A program made the translations under genes and the position numbers. From IMG/VR virus record IMGVR_UViG_3300044266_000076, positions 1 through 30,169 of that record: DNA of 30,169 bases. The stretch is one strand, 5' to 3'. This document shows positions 1-8,794 of the stretch, one piece after another. The notes beneath the pieces are model-generated. The model was not told the origin of the DNA and did no database searches. It saw only the letters and a program-made list of their open reading frames with translations. This DNA is from a virus (taxonomy: Duplodnaviria; Caudoviricetes). Position 1 is the stretch's first letter, and every line of letters starts with the position of its first letter.

Positions 1-513
1 GGTCGCAAGTACCACCACGCTGCCGCTGCTGCAACCATGATGAGCGAGACGCTGGGCAACACACTGCACGTACCGTGTGAGGTTGCTACATTCAACGATC
101 AAGGTGGGTGCGTTCCTGTTGTGCATTTGATCCGCAACTTCAACGAGAAGCTGGTGCCGAAAGACAAGATGATTGGGCGTTTCAGTTCGGCAATGCGTAG
201 CGGTATGTCAGGCAATGGTGATGGCGACCACATCTTGGCAGCCTTTGACCGTCTGATAGCGCGTCCTGAGAAACGTAAGTTGCTCATTGTCTTTAGCGAT
301 GGGCAACCTGCTGGATGGTCAGGTTACGGGGATGGGGGATGGTACACAGGCCACGTCATCAAGCAGATCGAAAACGAATCGCCAGTTGAGATTGTCGGCA
401 TCGGTATTCAAGACGAGTCAGTCGTGCACTACTACAAGAACCACCGAGTTATAAGAAACGCCGATGGGCTGGAGACAGCTTTACTGTCGGTGATTGAAGA
501 ACACCTGAAGTAA
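1..513 (+). CDS. CobT-like vWA-domain protein, C-terminal part (5' truncated by the window)
   Basis: The frame is open from base 1. It has vWA/CobT_C-type motifs LIVFSDGQP and VEIVGIGI and lies directly upstream of a CobS-like ATPase. Confidence 0.8.
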   Translation, partial: GRKYHHAAAAATMMSETLGNTLHVPCEVATFNDQGGCVPVVHLIRNFNEKLVPKDKMIGRFSSAMRSGMSGNGDGDHILAAFDRLIARPEKRKLLIVFSDGQPAGWSGYGDGGWYTGHVIKQIENESPVEIVGIGIQDESVVHYYKNHRVIRNADGLETALLSVIEEHLK

Positions 514-548
514 ACAGTTCCTAAGAACATTCCACACTACGAGGTTTT

Positions 549-1667
549 ATGAGCACAACCACCACTTCTCCCCTTGATGCAAAAGTGAAAGACGCACTCC
601 GTGCACAACTGGCTCAACGCAACGCTGCGCTTGAAGCCAACGCTGCGAAGGCTGCTGAAAAAGCAGCACCCGATCCCCTGCCCGAACCTCCGAAAGAGGT
701 GGTGCTGGGTGCAGGTCAGGTGCTGTTCAGTTCCTTGATTCCCAACGGGAAGAAAGCACTGAAGGCGCTGAAGCTGATGGACTTCGCGGTCTCCATTCAG
801 GACAAGGCCAAGCTTCCGAAGGAAGTTGCTGCGTTCGTTCCGGTTGCCGACCCCGACTACAACATCCAAGTCAACGAAGCCCATGCCATTATGTTCGCAT
901 GGGAGATGGGTGAGAAATCCCTCATCACTGGCCCGACGGGTTCGGGCAAGTCGTCGCTGGTTCAGTATTGCTGCGCCATTACCAACCGCCCCTTCATGCG
1001 GGTCAACATGACTGGCGACATGGAGAGCAGCACGCTCTTCGGTTCGCTGGTTGTTGAAGGTGGCGCTACTGTCTGGAAGGACGGGCCTGTGACTGAGGCG
1101 TGCCGCTATGGTGCAGTCCTACTGATTGACGAGTGGGATGTGACGCCGCCTGAAATCCTGTTCGGTTTGCAGTGGCTGTTTGAGGACGACGGCAAGCTGT
1201 TCCTCAAGGAAATGCCTGGTGAATCCAGTGCCAAGTTCATCGTGCCGCACTCCGAGTTCCGGCTGGTTTGTGCTGGTAACACGGTGGGTCAGGGTGACGA
1301 AACTGGCCGCTACTCCGGCACCAACGTGCAGAACACTGCGTCGGTTGATCGTTTCCAAACGACCATCAAGCTGGACTACCTCGACACCAAGCACGAAACC
1401 ACGCTGGTTGAGAACAAGGTGAAGGGTTTGCCTGCTGGCTTCGCTGCCAAGATGGTGAGTTTTGCACAGTTGGTGCGCTCTGCTTGCCAACAGAACAACA
1501 TCAACCTGACCATGTCACCTCGCACTCTGATTTCGTGGGGTCGCAAGACTGTGGCGTTCGGCAATGTGCAGCGTGCTCTGCACCTGTCGTTTGCCAACAA
1601 GCTGCGTGATTCAGATCGCAAGGTTGTCGGTGAGTTTTACACTAAGGTCTTTGGCGGGAGTCTGTAA
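549..1667 (+). CDS. CobS/MoxR-like AAA+ ATPase
   Basis: Walker A GPTGSGKS, Walker B LLIDE, and motifs WKDGPV, FRLVCAGNT, QNTASVDRF and MSPRTLISW. RBS GAGG upstream. Confidence 0.9.
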   Translation: MSTTTTSPLDAKVKDALRAQLAQRNAALEANAAKAAEKAAPDPLPEPPKEVVLGAGQVLFSSLIPNGKKALKALKLMDFAVSIQDKAKLPKEVAAFVPVADPDYNIQVNEAHAIMFAWEMGEKSLITGPTGSGKSSLVQYCCAITNRPFMRVNMTGDMESSTLFGSLVVEGGATVWKDGPVTEACRYGAVLLIDEWDVTPPEILFGLQWLFEDDGKLFLKEMPGESSAKFIVPHSEFRLVCAGNTVGQGDETGRYSGTNVQNTASVDRFQTTIKLDYLDTKHETTLVENKVKGLPAGFAAKMVSFAQLVRSACQQNNINLTMSPRTLISWGRKTVAFGNVQRALHLSFANKLRDSDRKVVGEFYTKVFGGSL

Positions 1668-1873
1668 TGGCAACCCCTTCTACGATTGTCATCAGCTACG
1701 AAACAGTCGCGCACCACGTAACAGTTGTGCAACACATGACTGTCAACTATCTCCATTACTCCAACCAAAAAGAACACGCAGTTGCAGCAGCGTTGGCTGC
1801 TGAAATTGGTAAGAAGATGGACACCCTTGCCAAGATGCACTTGGACGCAACTGGTGTTTCTACTGCCGAGTGA
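1667..1873 (+). CDS. hypothetical protein
   Basis: TAATG stop/start coupling with the AAA gene; 68 aa. Confidence 0.6.
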   Translation: MATPSTIVISYETVAHHVTVVQHMTVNYLHYSNQKEHAVAAALAAEIGKKMDTLAKMHLDATGVSTAE

Positions 1874-2105
1874 GGTAGCGCAACTCACAGGCATCAAGAG
1901 GAAGAAGCCATTGCAAATAGCATGGCTTGAGAAGTACAAGATTCCTTATACCATCAAGAGCACAGGCCAGATCAATGTGCTTCGTGCATTGGTGGAACAA
2001 CGGCATGGGTTGAAACAACCTGTTCCTAAGAACGACGACGAACCAAATCTAAATGCGTTTGTACGGAGAGTCGTATGTACTACGGGTCAATCGACTGGCG
2101 TTTGA
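1854..2105 (+). CDS. DUF4224-type excisionase-like small DNA-binding protein (start uncertain, GTG 1854 preferred)
   Basis: FLLPSEVAQLTGIKRKKPLQIAWLEKYKIPY and C-terminal EPNLNA fit the pattern of DUF4224 proteins found upstream of integrases. Confidence 0.75.
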   Translation: MFLLPSEVAQLTGIKRKKPLQIAWLEKYKIPYTIKSTGQINVLRALVEQRHGLKQPVPKNDDEPNLNAFVRRVVCTTGQSTGV

Positions 2106-2326
2106 TTAAAGTGGGCGACCACGTTAAGTTTCGCCAGCCTTGCTTTGGTGAAATGAGTGGCACCATTGAGGCTGTCAAAGACAACCTGTTCCAGATGAAT
2201 GGTGTATGGCACAGCCCCAACAACTACAGCTTACGCGAACTAAATGGCAAAGACTACGAACAACTCAAAGCTACCAAAGAGGGTGTACTTCAAGCACGGG
2301 TCATACCACTACGTAGACCCAAGTAA
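2075..2326 (+). CDS. hypothetical protein
   Basis: RBS GGAGAG before the ATG; 83 aa; overlaps the start of the integrase. Confidence 0.5.
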   Translation: MYYGSIDWRLIKVGDHVKFRQPCFGEMSGTIEAVKDNLFQMNGVWHSPNNYSLRELNGKDYEQLKATKEGVLQARVIPLRRPK

Positions 2327-3257
2327 CAAATGGCACAGGTTGGGAAGGGAGTGGGACAGGGAGGCAAAGGAGAAGTGGGTTGCCCTGTCTTCCCTTCCCG
2401 CTGGTGCTGGCACGGTTGCACAAATGCTGGATGACTATCTCAGCTATATGAGAAGCGAGCTGTCTAGAGGCGGAATGTCTGCACGACACGTTGCAGATCG
2501 CACCCAAGATGCAGCCAAGCTCAAGCTTTTCTTTGGCAAGATGGATAAGACAAAGGTTAAGCGCGACCATGTTCGGCTCTATCTTGAGCGTCGTACCACC
2601 GCTGATGGCAAACCTGCTCCAATCAGAGCCAACCGAGAAATCAGCCTGCTCAGCGCTGCCTACAACAGAGACACATCTACCGACTTCAACCCCTGCCTTG
2701 GGGTTCCTAGGAACAAAGAGTATGCTAGACGAAGATACGTCGAAGGATGGGAACTCAGACGTTTTGCCAAAAGATGCTGTCCCCCTTGGCTCCGTGGATA
2801 TATTGTCCTCAAATACCTCACAGGACTACGTATGGCTGACATGCTTGGGTTGTGTGATTCGTCTGCGACTGATCGAGGACTCCGCGTCAGGGTCAGTAAA
2901 AGTAGACTCGGTAAGGTTTTGGAATACCGATGGACATGGGCGTTACGACGCACAGTGGGATTCGTACGTGGCACACGATCCAAGCATGGACGTGACCTAC
3001 CTAATGGGGCCATTCTCCCGCAAGAATTACGATGGTTCAACCGAACAACTAGTGGTATCAAGAGTGCGTGGCGTCGTGCACAAGCCCAGTGGATTGCTAT
3101 CGGGGGTACCCCTTTTCGGGAGCATGACATTAGAGCCAAAACTGGTAGCGATTCCCGACATGTCACCGATGCTCAGCATCGACTTGGCCACACCAAAAGT
3201 AGCACCACTGCCCGTCACTACAGAAGAAGTATAGACAAAATTACTCCATTGAAATGA
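2244..3257 (+). CDS. int: tyrosine recombinase / phage integrase
   Basis: N-terminal arm-binding-type segment LPKRVYFKHGSYHYV; catalytic R (TGLR), HxxR (HDIR), LGH and Y (TARHY); next to a tRNA-derived att core. Confidence 0.93.
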   Translation: MAKTTNNSKLPKRVYFKHGSYHYVDPSNKWHRLGREWDREAKEKWVALSSLPAGAGTVAQMLDDYLSYMRSELSRGGMSARHVADRTQDAAKLKLFFGKMDKTKVKRDHVRLYLERRTTADGKPAPIRANREISLLSAAYNRDTSTDFNPCLGVPRNKEYARRRYVEGWELRRFAKRCCPPWLRGYIVLKYLTGLRMADMLGLCDSSATDRGLRVRVSKSRLGKVLEYRWTWALRRTVGFVRGTRSKHGRDLPNGAILPQELRWFNRTTSGIKSAWRRAQAQWIAIGGTPFREHDIRAKTGSDSRHVTDAQHRLGHTKSSTTARHYRRSIDKITPLK

Positions 3258-3264
3258 CCACAAA

Positions 3265-3513
3265 ATGGTGCAATCAGAACTAGCCAAAAGAATTGACCAA
3301 GAGTTCAGTGACTACAATATAACTGAGGATTGCCTTTTAACAATGGACAAAATGCAGCGTTCATACGCGGCTGTTCGTGGGGCAATTAGTAAAGTTGGCG
3401 CGCACAATGTTATGTTGGTACTACTCGATATGATGGAACGCTGCAAAACAAAAAGCACCAAAGGTTGCAGGTACAAAACAGATGACTACTTAGACATCCC
3501 TGAAAAGTCTTAG
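3265..3513 (+). CDS. hypothetical protein (doubtful)
   Basis: 82-aa ORF with no clear RBS; it runs into putative attP arm sites. Confidence 0.35.
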   Translation: MVQSELAKRIDQEFSDYNITEDCLLTMDKMQRSYAAVRGAISKVGAHNVMLVLLDMMERCKTKSTKGCRYKTDDYLDIPEKS

Positions 3514-3536
3514 ACACACAAGGCTTCTCAAGTTGC

Positions 3537-3549
3537 TAAGTTGTTGATT
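3537..3549 (-). promoter_or_regulatory. IHF-binding consensus next to the att core
   Basis: The minus strand reads AATCAACAACTTA, an exact match to WATCAANNNNTTR, 2 bp from the core. Confidence 0.7.
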
Positions 3550-3551
3550 GT

Positions 3552-3601
3552 TGGCGGAGTGGACGGGACTCGAACCCGCGACCCCCGGCGTGACAGGCCG
3601 G
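3552..3601 (-). other. attP core: 3' 50 nt of tRNA-Asp(GTC)
   Basis: The minus strand reads CCGGCCTGTCACGCCGGGGGTCGCGGGTTCGAGTCCCGTCCACTCCGCCA, giving the anticodon arm, T arm, 3' acceptor strand and CCA. The 5' acceptor strand and D arm are absent. It lies about 300 bp from the integrase. Confidence 0.9.
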
Positions 3602-3701
3602 GAGTTTGTGCTTTGTTCTTAGGAACATACAGTTGAGCCGTCTAACAAAATCCAGCAACATCTCGATTGTAACATCAAACACTTACGAAGAGGTATTAGA
3701 C

Positions 3702-4055
3702 ATGACTGCCGCTGACAAGACGCCAACGTATCTTTGGTATGACGAAGATTCTGGCAACACAATTACATGTGTTCCTCTTGAGTGGCATGAAGCAGAAATC
3801 GCCGCCAAGACGCGCGAACTCGCGGAGGCGAAGGCGCAAATGGCTAAGGTGTTGGTGCGTCCGCTGGCGCTGTTGCTGGCGGCATTGAGTAAAGACCGCG
3901 ACAACTGGAAGGCCGATGCCAAGCGGATGCGGGAGGCGCTGGAGAAAATCATCGAACTTGGCGCTGGAATTACCGACCCGACAGCCGAAATTGAAATCGC
4001 ACGAGCCGCCATCGACACCGCCCGAGCGCAAGACATGACACCCAAATCAGATTGA
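3702..4055 (+). CDS. hypothetical protein with an alanine-rich coiled-coil-like region
   Basis: RBS GAGGT precedes ATG 3702, which is preferred over the track start at 3606. Confidence 0.6.
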   Translation: MTAADKTPTYLWYDEDSGNTITCVPLEWHEAEIAAKTRELAEAKAQMAKVLVRPLALLLAALSKDRDNWKADAKRMREALEKIIELGAGITDPTAEIEIARAAIDTARAQDMTPKSD

Positions 4056-4122
4056 ACTTTTTACGGGTTTCGTTGTCCAACCCGTATCCCCGACAGACGA
4101 CGTACATATCACAGGAGTAGTT

Positions 4123-4968
4123 GTGAGAATTCCGTACGCCGATTACAAAGAGCATATACCTGACAGAGCAGGGACACAGGTTGCAATCAACCATTTGAAT
4201 TGCCCTGCTGGTGTTGACAGCAAACGCCGTCTCTACATCAAGCGCACTGATGATGCGGTCTTGGTGTATTGCCACCATTGCAGTGGCCATGCTGTTCGCT
4301 CTACTCGCAAGGGAGTCCGATCTGTTGAGACAATCAAACGATTGCTTGCTGATGCAGAAGAACACGAACGTGTAGTGAGTACGGTTGAGTTGCCATTTGA
4401 TGTCAACTACAGGGTAGAGGCATGGCCTGTGGAAGCGCAAGCTTGGCTATACAAGTACGCCATTAACAGCAGGGATGTGGCTGATTATTCCATTTGTTAT
4501 TCCGAAACATGGAACCGCGTCATTATTCCTGTGTACCAGAGTGGTCAATTGGTGTTTTGGCAAGGACGCAAAGTGTCAGACACAGGCCCAGGGCCGAAGT
4601 ATATATCAGTGCGCTCAAGCAAGAAGCCGATGTTCGCAACGTACAGCCGCAATGTTCTACCTAAAAGCACAGGGCGTAAGTTGGTAGTGGTTGAAGACTG
4701 TCTAAGTGCGATTCGTATAGCACGAGATACTTGTGCTGATGCCATTGCGTTACTAGGAACAACCGCACCGGCTGACTTGGTAGCTTTTGCTAAGCGCTAC
4801 CCTCATGTCATAGTGTGGTTGGATGACGATGACGCAGGACGGACTAAAGCAATTGACATCCACCGTAGTTTGGTTTTGATGACAAGCAGCAATGTGACAT
4901 TGCGAACAATGAAACAACCAAAAGAATTAGAACCAAGTGTATTAAAGGCATCAATTGATGGGGAATAG
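4123..4968 (+). CDS. DNA primase (zinc-binding and TOPRIM domains)
   Basis: HLNC...YCHHC zinc ligands, FWQGR, VVVED and WLDDDDAG TOPRIM motifs; RBS AGGAG. Confidence 0.9.
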   Translation: MRIPYADYKEHIPDRAGTQVAINHLNCPAGVDSKRRLYIKRTDDAVLVYCHHCSGHAVRSTRKGVRSVETIKRLLADAEEHERVVSTVELPFDVNYRVEAWPVEAQAWLYKYAINSRDVADYSICYSETWNRVIIPVYQSGQLVFWQGRKVSDTGPGPKYISVRSSKKPMFATYSRNVLPKSTGRKLVVVEDCLSAIRIARDTCADAIALLGTTAPADLVAFAKRYPHVIVWLDDDDAGRTKAIDIHRSLVLMTSSNVTLRTMKQPKELEPSVLKASIDGE

Positions 4969-6227
4969 TGGACACCGATCTGCTCATTCTATTCAAAGAC
5001 AAAGCTACGTTCCAACGTTTCAAGCCGTTCATTAAGGAACACGTACTGCTTCCAGAAACACAACTGATAATCAACTCAATTGATTCATACTACAAGGCGT
5101 TCCCTCACACGACGACAATGAACTGGGAAGCGTTTGCTTCCTATTTCTTTGTTCTTAGGAACAGCCAGATTCCAAAAGCAGAGGTTGCCAACTACCGTGC
5201 CATCTTGGACAAGGTTGCTAAGGCGACTCCGACTCACGTAGCCAACGATGTGTTGGCACACTTTGTCACACAGGATTTTGCACACCGCATTGCTGACACT
5301 GCCCTGTCCGTTAAGGAAGGCACTGCCTCCATTGACGATGTGCATGAGCTGGTCAAGCAGCACGACAAAGAACTCGGTCGTGCCATCAAGGTTGAAGACT
5401 TGTTCGTAACAGGTGACATTGATGATGTGCTTGAGGAAGCAAAGGCACCTGGGTTTGAATGGCGTCTTGAAGAACTGAATGTGTCCTGTGGCCCTTTGCG
5501 TAAGGGCGACTTCGTCATGGTGGCAGCGTACGTAGAGACAGGCAAAACTACATTCGCTGCATCAGAAGTCAGTCACATGGCCAGCCAAATCAAGGACAAC
5601 CGCCCTGTTGTCTGGATCAATAACGAGGAACGATCAATTAAGGTCAAGCTGCGAATTATGCAGGCTGCCTTGGGATTGACCAGCAAAGACATTGATGCTG
5701 ACAGGGCGTCAGCTAAGGACGCCTACAAAAAGCTGATGGGCGGCGATGAAAACCGCATCCTTGTCCAGCTTAACGACAACGCTACCAACCACGTAGACCG
5801 GCTGATTCCCATGCTGCGTGATTTAAACCCTGCTCTGATTGTGTTCGATCAGTTGGATAAGGTGAATGGGTTTCATAGCAGGGATGAGAAAGAACACATG
5901 CGACTTGGCCGATTGTACAAGTGGGCACGTGAGTTGTCCCATGAGTATGGCCCTGTCATTGCCATATCACAGTGTGATGCGTCGTCAGGTGCCAGCCAGT
6001 ATATCCGCATGGATCAGTTGCGTGGTAGCAAGGTGGATAAACCAGGTGAAGCAGACGCCATCATCACCATCGGTAAGGATGACAACCCTGCCAACATCAA
6101 CACTCGATATATCCACGTTCCTAAGAACAAACTGACTGGTGGCCCACGCAGTGTGGAGTCGGAACGACACGGCTACTTTGAAGTCAAGATCAAACCTGAA
6201 ATTGCTCGGTATGAAGGGACGCGGTAA
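4968..6227 (+). CDS. DnaB-like (SF4) replicative helicase
   Basis: Walker A AYVETGKT, plus WINNEE, IVFDQLDK, ISQ and GEADAIITIGK. Confidence 0.9.
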   Translation: MDTDLLILFKDKATFQRFKPFIKEHVLLPETQLIINSIDSYYKAFPHTTTMNWEAFASYFFVLRNSQIPKAEVANYRAILDKVAKATPTHVANDVLAHFVTQDFAHRIADTALSVKEGTASIDDVHELVKQHDKELGRAIKVEDLFVTGDIDDVLEEAKAPGFEWRLEELNVSCGPLRKGDFVMVAAYVETGKTTFAASEVSHMASQIKDNRPVVWINNEERSIKVKLRIMQAALGLTSKDIDADRASAKDAYKKLMGGDENRILVQLNDNATNHVDRLIPMLRDLNPALIVFDQLDKVNGFHSRDEKEHMRLGRLYKWARELSHEYGPVIAISQCDASSGASQYIRMDQLRGSKVDKPGEADAIITIGKDDNPANINTRYIHVPKNKLTGGPRSVESERHGYFEVKIKPEIARYEGTR

Positions 6228-8233
6228 TGGACGCATATGCGCTCGACATCGAGACTACACAGAAATGCCCTGTCGGTAACAACAAAGCAAGTCCGTTCTG
6301 GCCTGACAACAAGTGCGTTGTCTATGGGCATGTCAAAGTTGCCAACGAAGACGGTCTTCCTTCAAGCTATTCCCCAACCATACTGACCTACGATCCGAGT
6401 AAACCCTTTACACACAGACACCATTTGCTCATCGGCCACAACATCGACTTCGACTTGCAGTATATGTTGCGTGACGGGAAGATCACAAAGGGCAATCTTG
6501 CCGGAAGCCAAGTGTGGGATACCCAGCTTGCTGAATATCTATTGACTGGACAGCAAGCTAAGTTTGCATCGCTTGATGAGTGTGCTTCTAAGTATGGCGG
6601 CACACTGAAGGATGATCGGGTAACGGTAATGTTCAAGTCAGGTATGGGTGCTGACGAAGTGCCGCGTTCGTTGCTTGACGACTACCTCAAGTCAGATATA
6701 GAGAATACACGCAAGGTGTTCTTTGGTCAGTATGCAGACGCCGTTGAGAAAGGGATGCTTCCCCTAATCCAGAGTCAGATGGACGCGAAGATGGCGTGCA
6801 TCGAGATGCGTAACAATGGACTGGCAGTTGACAAAGAGTTTCTTGAAAAGGGAATAGTACAGCTACAGCTTAAGGTTGCACGCTGCGAGCTTGACGCCAG
6901 CGTGTTTATGCACAAGGTCACTGGCCTTGATCTCAACCCATCCAGCACCAAAGACCTTGGGCTGTTCTTGTTTGGGGGCACTGCCAAAACTGTTAAAACA
7001 GAATGTGTTGGTAAGTACAAAAACGGCAAGGACAAGTTTAAGAAGGTAGAAACACTGCACACACTGCCTCCTGCCTTCATGCCTAAGTTTGAGTGGAAGC
7101 GAGTTAAGGGATTTTCCACTGACGACAAGGTGATTGAAGAGTTGCTCAGTTCAACAACGTTGAAGCCGGAGTGGGCAACGTTCCTAAGAACCATTCAGGA
7201 ATTGCGGGAGTGCTCCAAAGAATTGTCCACCTACTACGAGGGCATTGACAAACTCATCATGCCTGATGGTCGTATTCACCACGACCTGAATCAGGTAGTG
7301 ACAGTGACTGGACGCCTAAGCAGTAGCAATCCCAATCTACAAAACATCACAGACGGCAGCAAGAGTGAGATTAAGAAAGCGTTTGTTTCCCGCTGGGGTG
7401 ACGACGGTGTTCTGATTGAAGCCGACTATTCGCAGCTTGAGATGGTGATGCTGGCTGTGTTGTCCAAAGACACTCAATTGTTGAATGACATCCGCACTGG
7501 TGTTGACATGCACAAGGCTTTGTTCCGTGACATGTATGGCAGGGAGATGAAGCCAGAAGAACGCAAGCCATTCAAGCGGTGTAGCTTTGCCCTTGTGTAT
7601 GGGGCTGGTGCTAAGGGCATTGCAGAGCAAAGCGGCATGTCGTTGGTAGATGCCAAGCGTTTCATTGCCACATTCTACTCACGATATAGCGGTGTCAAAG
7701 CGTGGCACGATAGCATGTACAAGGAAGTTGAAAGCAAACGTGAATACTTCGGAGATAAAGATGCGGAAACAGGAATCCCAATTGGCAAATCGACTTACGT
7801 TAGTCCATTCAGCAAGCGTAGGTTTGTGTTCCGTGAGTACCCCCTCTCCGAAGAAGTTAAGCGATGGAAGAAAGGTGTCGCTTCGTTCAGTCCAACTGAA
7901 GTCAAAAACTATCCAGTCCAAGGGGGAGCCACCGGAGACATAGTGCCACTGGTATTGGGCAAGCTCTACCGTGTTCTTAGGAACCATCCCCGTTTGAAAG
8001 ACTCGTGTTTGATGGTGAACACTGTGCACGATTCGGTGTTGTTTGATGTGCGGTTGGATGTTGTGGACGAAGCAATATACCTGATACGCACAGTGATGGA
8101 GAACGCACCGGCTTACATCAAAGAAACCTTCGGCATCGACTTCCCACTTCAATTGAAGGTGGGCATGAGTCGTGGCCCGACATGGTTTGACCAATCGGAA
8201 ATCAATTTTGAATCAATGAAGGAAGCAGCATGA
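6227..8233 (+). CDS. polA: family A DNA polymerase with 3'-5' exonuclease domain
   Basis: Exo motifs LDIET and GHNIDFDL; TGRLSSSNPNLQN; motif A ADYSQLE; motif B KRCSFALVYG; motif C TVHDS. Confidence 0.96.
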   Translation: MDAYALDIETTQKCPVGNNKASPFWPDNKCVVYGHVKVANEDGLPSSYSPTILTYDPSKPFTHRHHLLIGHNIDFDLQYMLRDGKITKGNLAGSQVWDTQLAEYLLTGQQAKFASLDECASKYGGTLKDDRVTVMFKSGMGADEVPRSLLDDYLKSDIENTRKVFFGQYADAVEKGMLPLIQSQMDAKMACIEMRNNGLAVDKEFLEKGIVQLQLKVARCELDASVFMHKVTGLDLNPSSTKDLGLFLFGGTAKTVKTECVGKYKNGKDKFKKVETLHTLPPAFMPKFEWKRVKGFSTDDKVIEELLSSTTLKPEWATFLRTIQELRECSKELSTYYEGIDKLIMPDGRIHHDLNQVVTVTGRLSSSNPNLQNITDGSKSEIKKAFVSRWGDDGVLIEADYSQLEMVMLAVLSKDTQLLNDIRTGVDMHKALFRDMYGREMKPEERKPFKRCSFALVYGAGAKGIAEQSGMSLVDAKRFIATFYSRYSGVKAWHDSMYKEVESKREYFGDKDAETGIPIGKSTYVSPFSKRRFVFREYPLSEEVKRWKKGVASFSPTEVKNYPVQGGATGDIVPLVLGKLYRVLRNHPRLKDSCLMVNTVHDSVLFDVRLDVVDEAIYLIRTVMENAPAYIKETFGIDFPLQLKVGMSRGPTWFDQSEINFESMKEAA

Positions 8234-8724
8234 GACAAGAAAGTACCACTGTTGAGCAAGTTGGCACCAAAGACGTAACCACCCGCTTCGGCACCAAGCC
8301 GACGTACAGCTTCAAAGCTGATGGCGTGTGGTATAGCACAGGATTTAAGAAGGCAGCAGTCTCCGCAGGGGATGTCGTGTCGTTCAACTATGAGGAAACC
8401 AAGTACGGCAAGGAAGTTGATCCGAAGAGTGTGGTGATTGGTGCGGCACCTGCTGCCACTGCTGTTGCAGCACCGGCTGCTCGTGCCCCTTCGTTCTCTC
8501 GTGGTGGGTTCCCCATTCCAGCACTTGATGGGCAGCGCTCAATCATTCGTCAGAACGCGCTGACCAATGCTCGTGAGTTGTATGTCGGCGCGGCTGGCGG
8601 TAAGCCTTTTCCTGTGGACTCGACGGCTACGACTAAAGCCATCATCGACATTGCTCGCAAGTTTGAGGCGTACTCGGCTGGCGATCTGGACGCTGCTGAA
8701 GCCGCCGCAGAACTGGAAACCTGA
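8230..8724 (+). CDS. putative single-stranded DNA-binding protein
   Basis: Beta-rich OB-like N-terminus, Ala/Pro linker, SIIRQNAL helix and acidic tail; ATGA-coupled to the polymerase gene. Confidence 0.55.
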   Translation: MRQESTTVEQVGTKDVTTRFGTKPTYSFKADGVWYSTGFKKAAVSAGDVVSFNYEETKYGKEVDPKSVVIGAAPAATAVAAPAARAPSFSRGGFPIPALDGQRSIIRQNALTNARELYVGAAGGKPFPVDSTATTKAIIDIARKFEAYSAGDLDAAEAAAELET

Positions 8725-8794
8725 TGATTTGTCCTAAGTGCAACAACTACACATCACCGAGGTACAACAGATGCCCTCATTGTGGACGTGCCCA

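Noticed and set aside
3552-3630. A complete tRNA-Asp gene
   Set aside because: The 5' acceptor strand and D arm are missing; only the 3' 50 nt are present, as expected for an att core.
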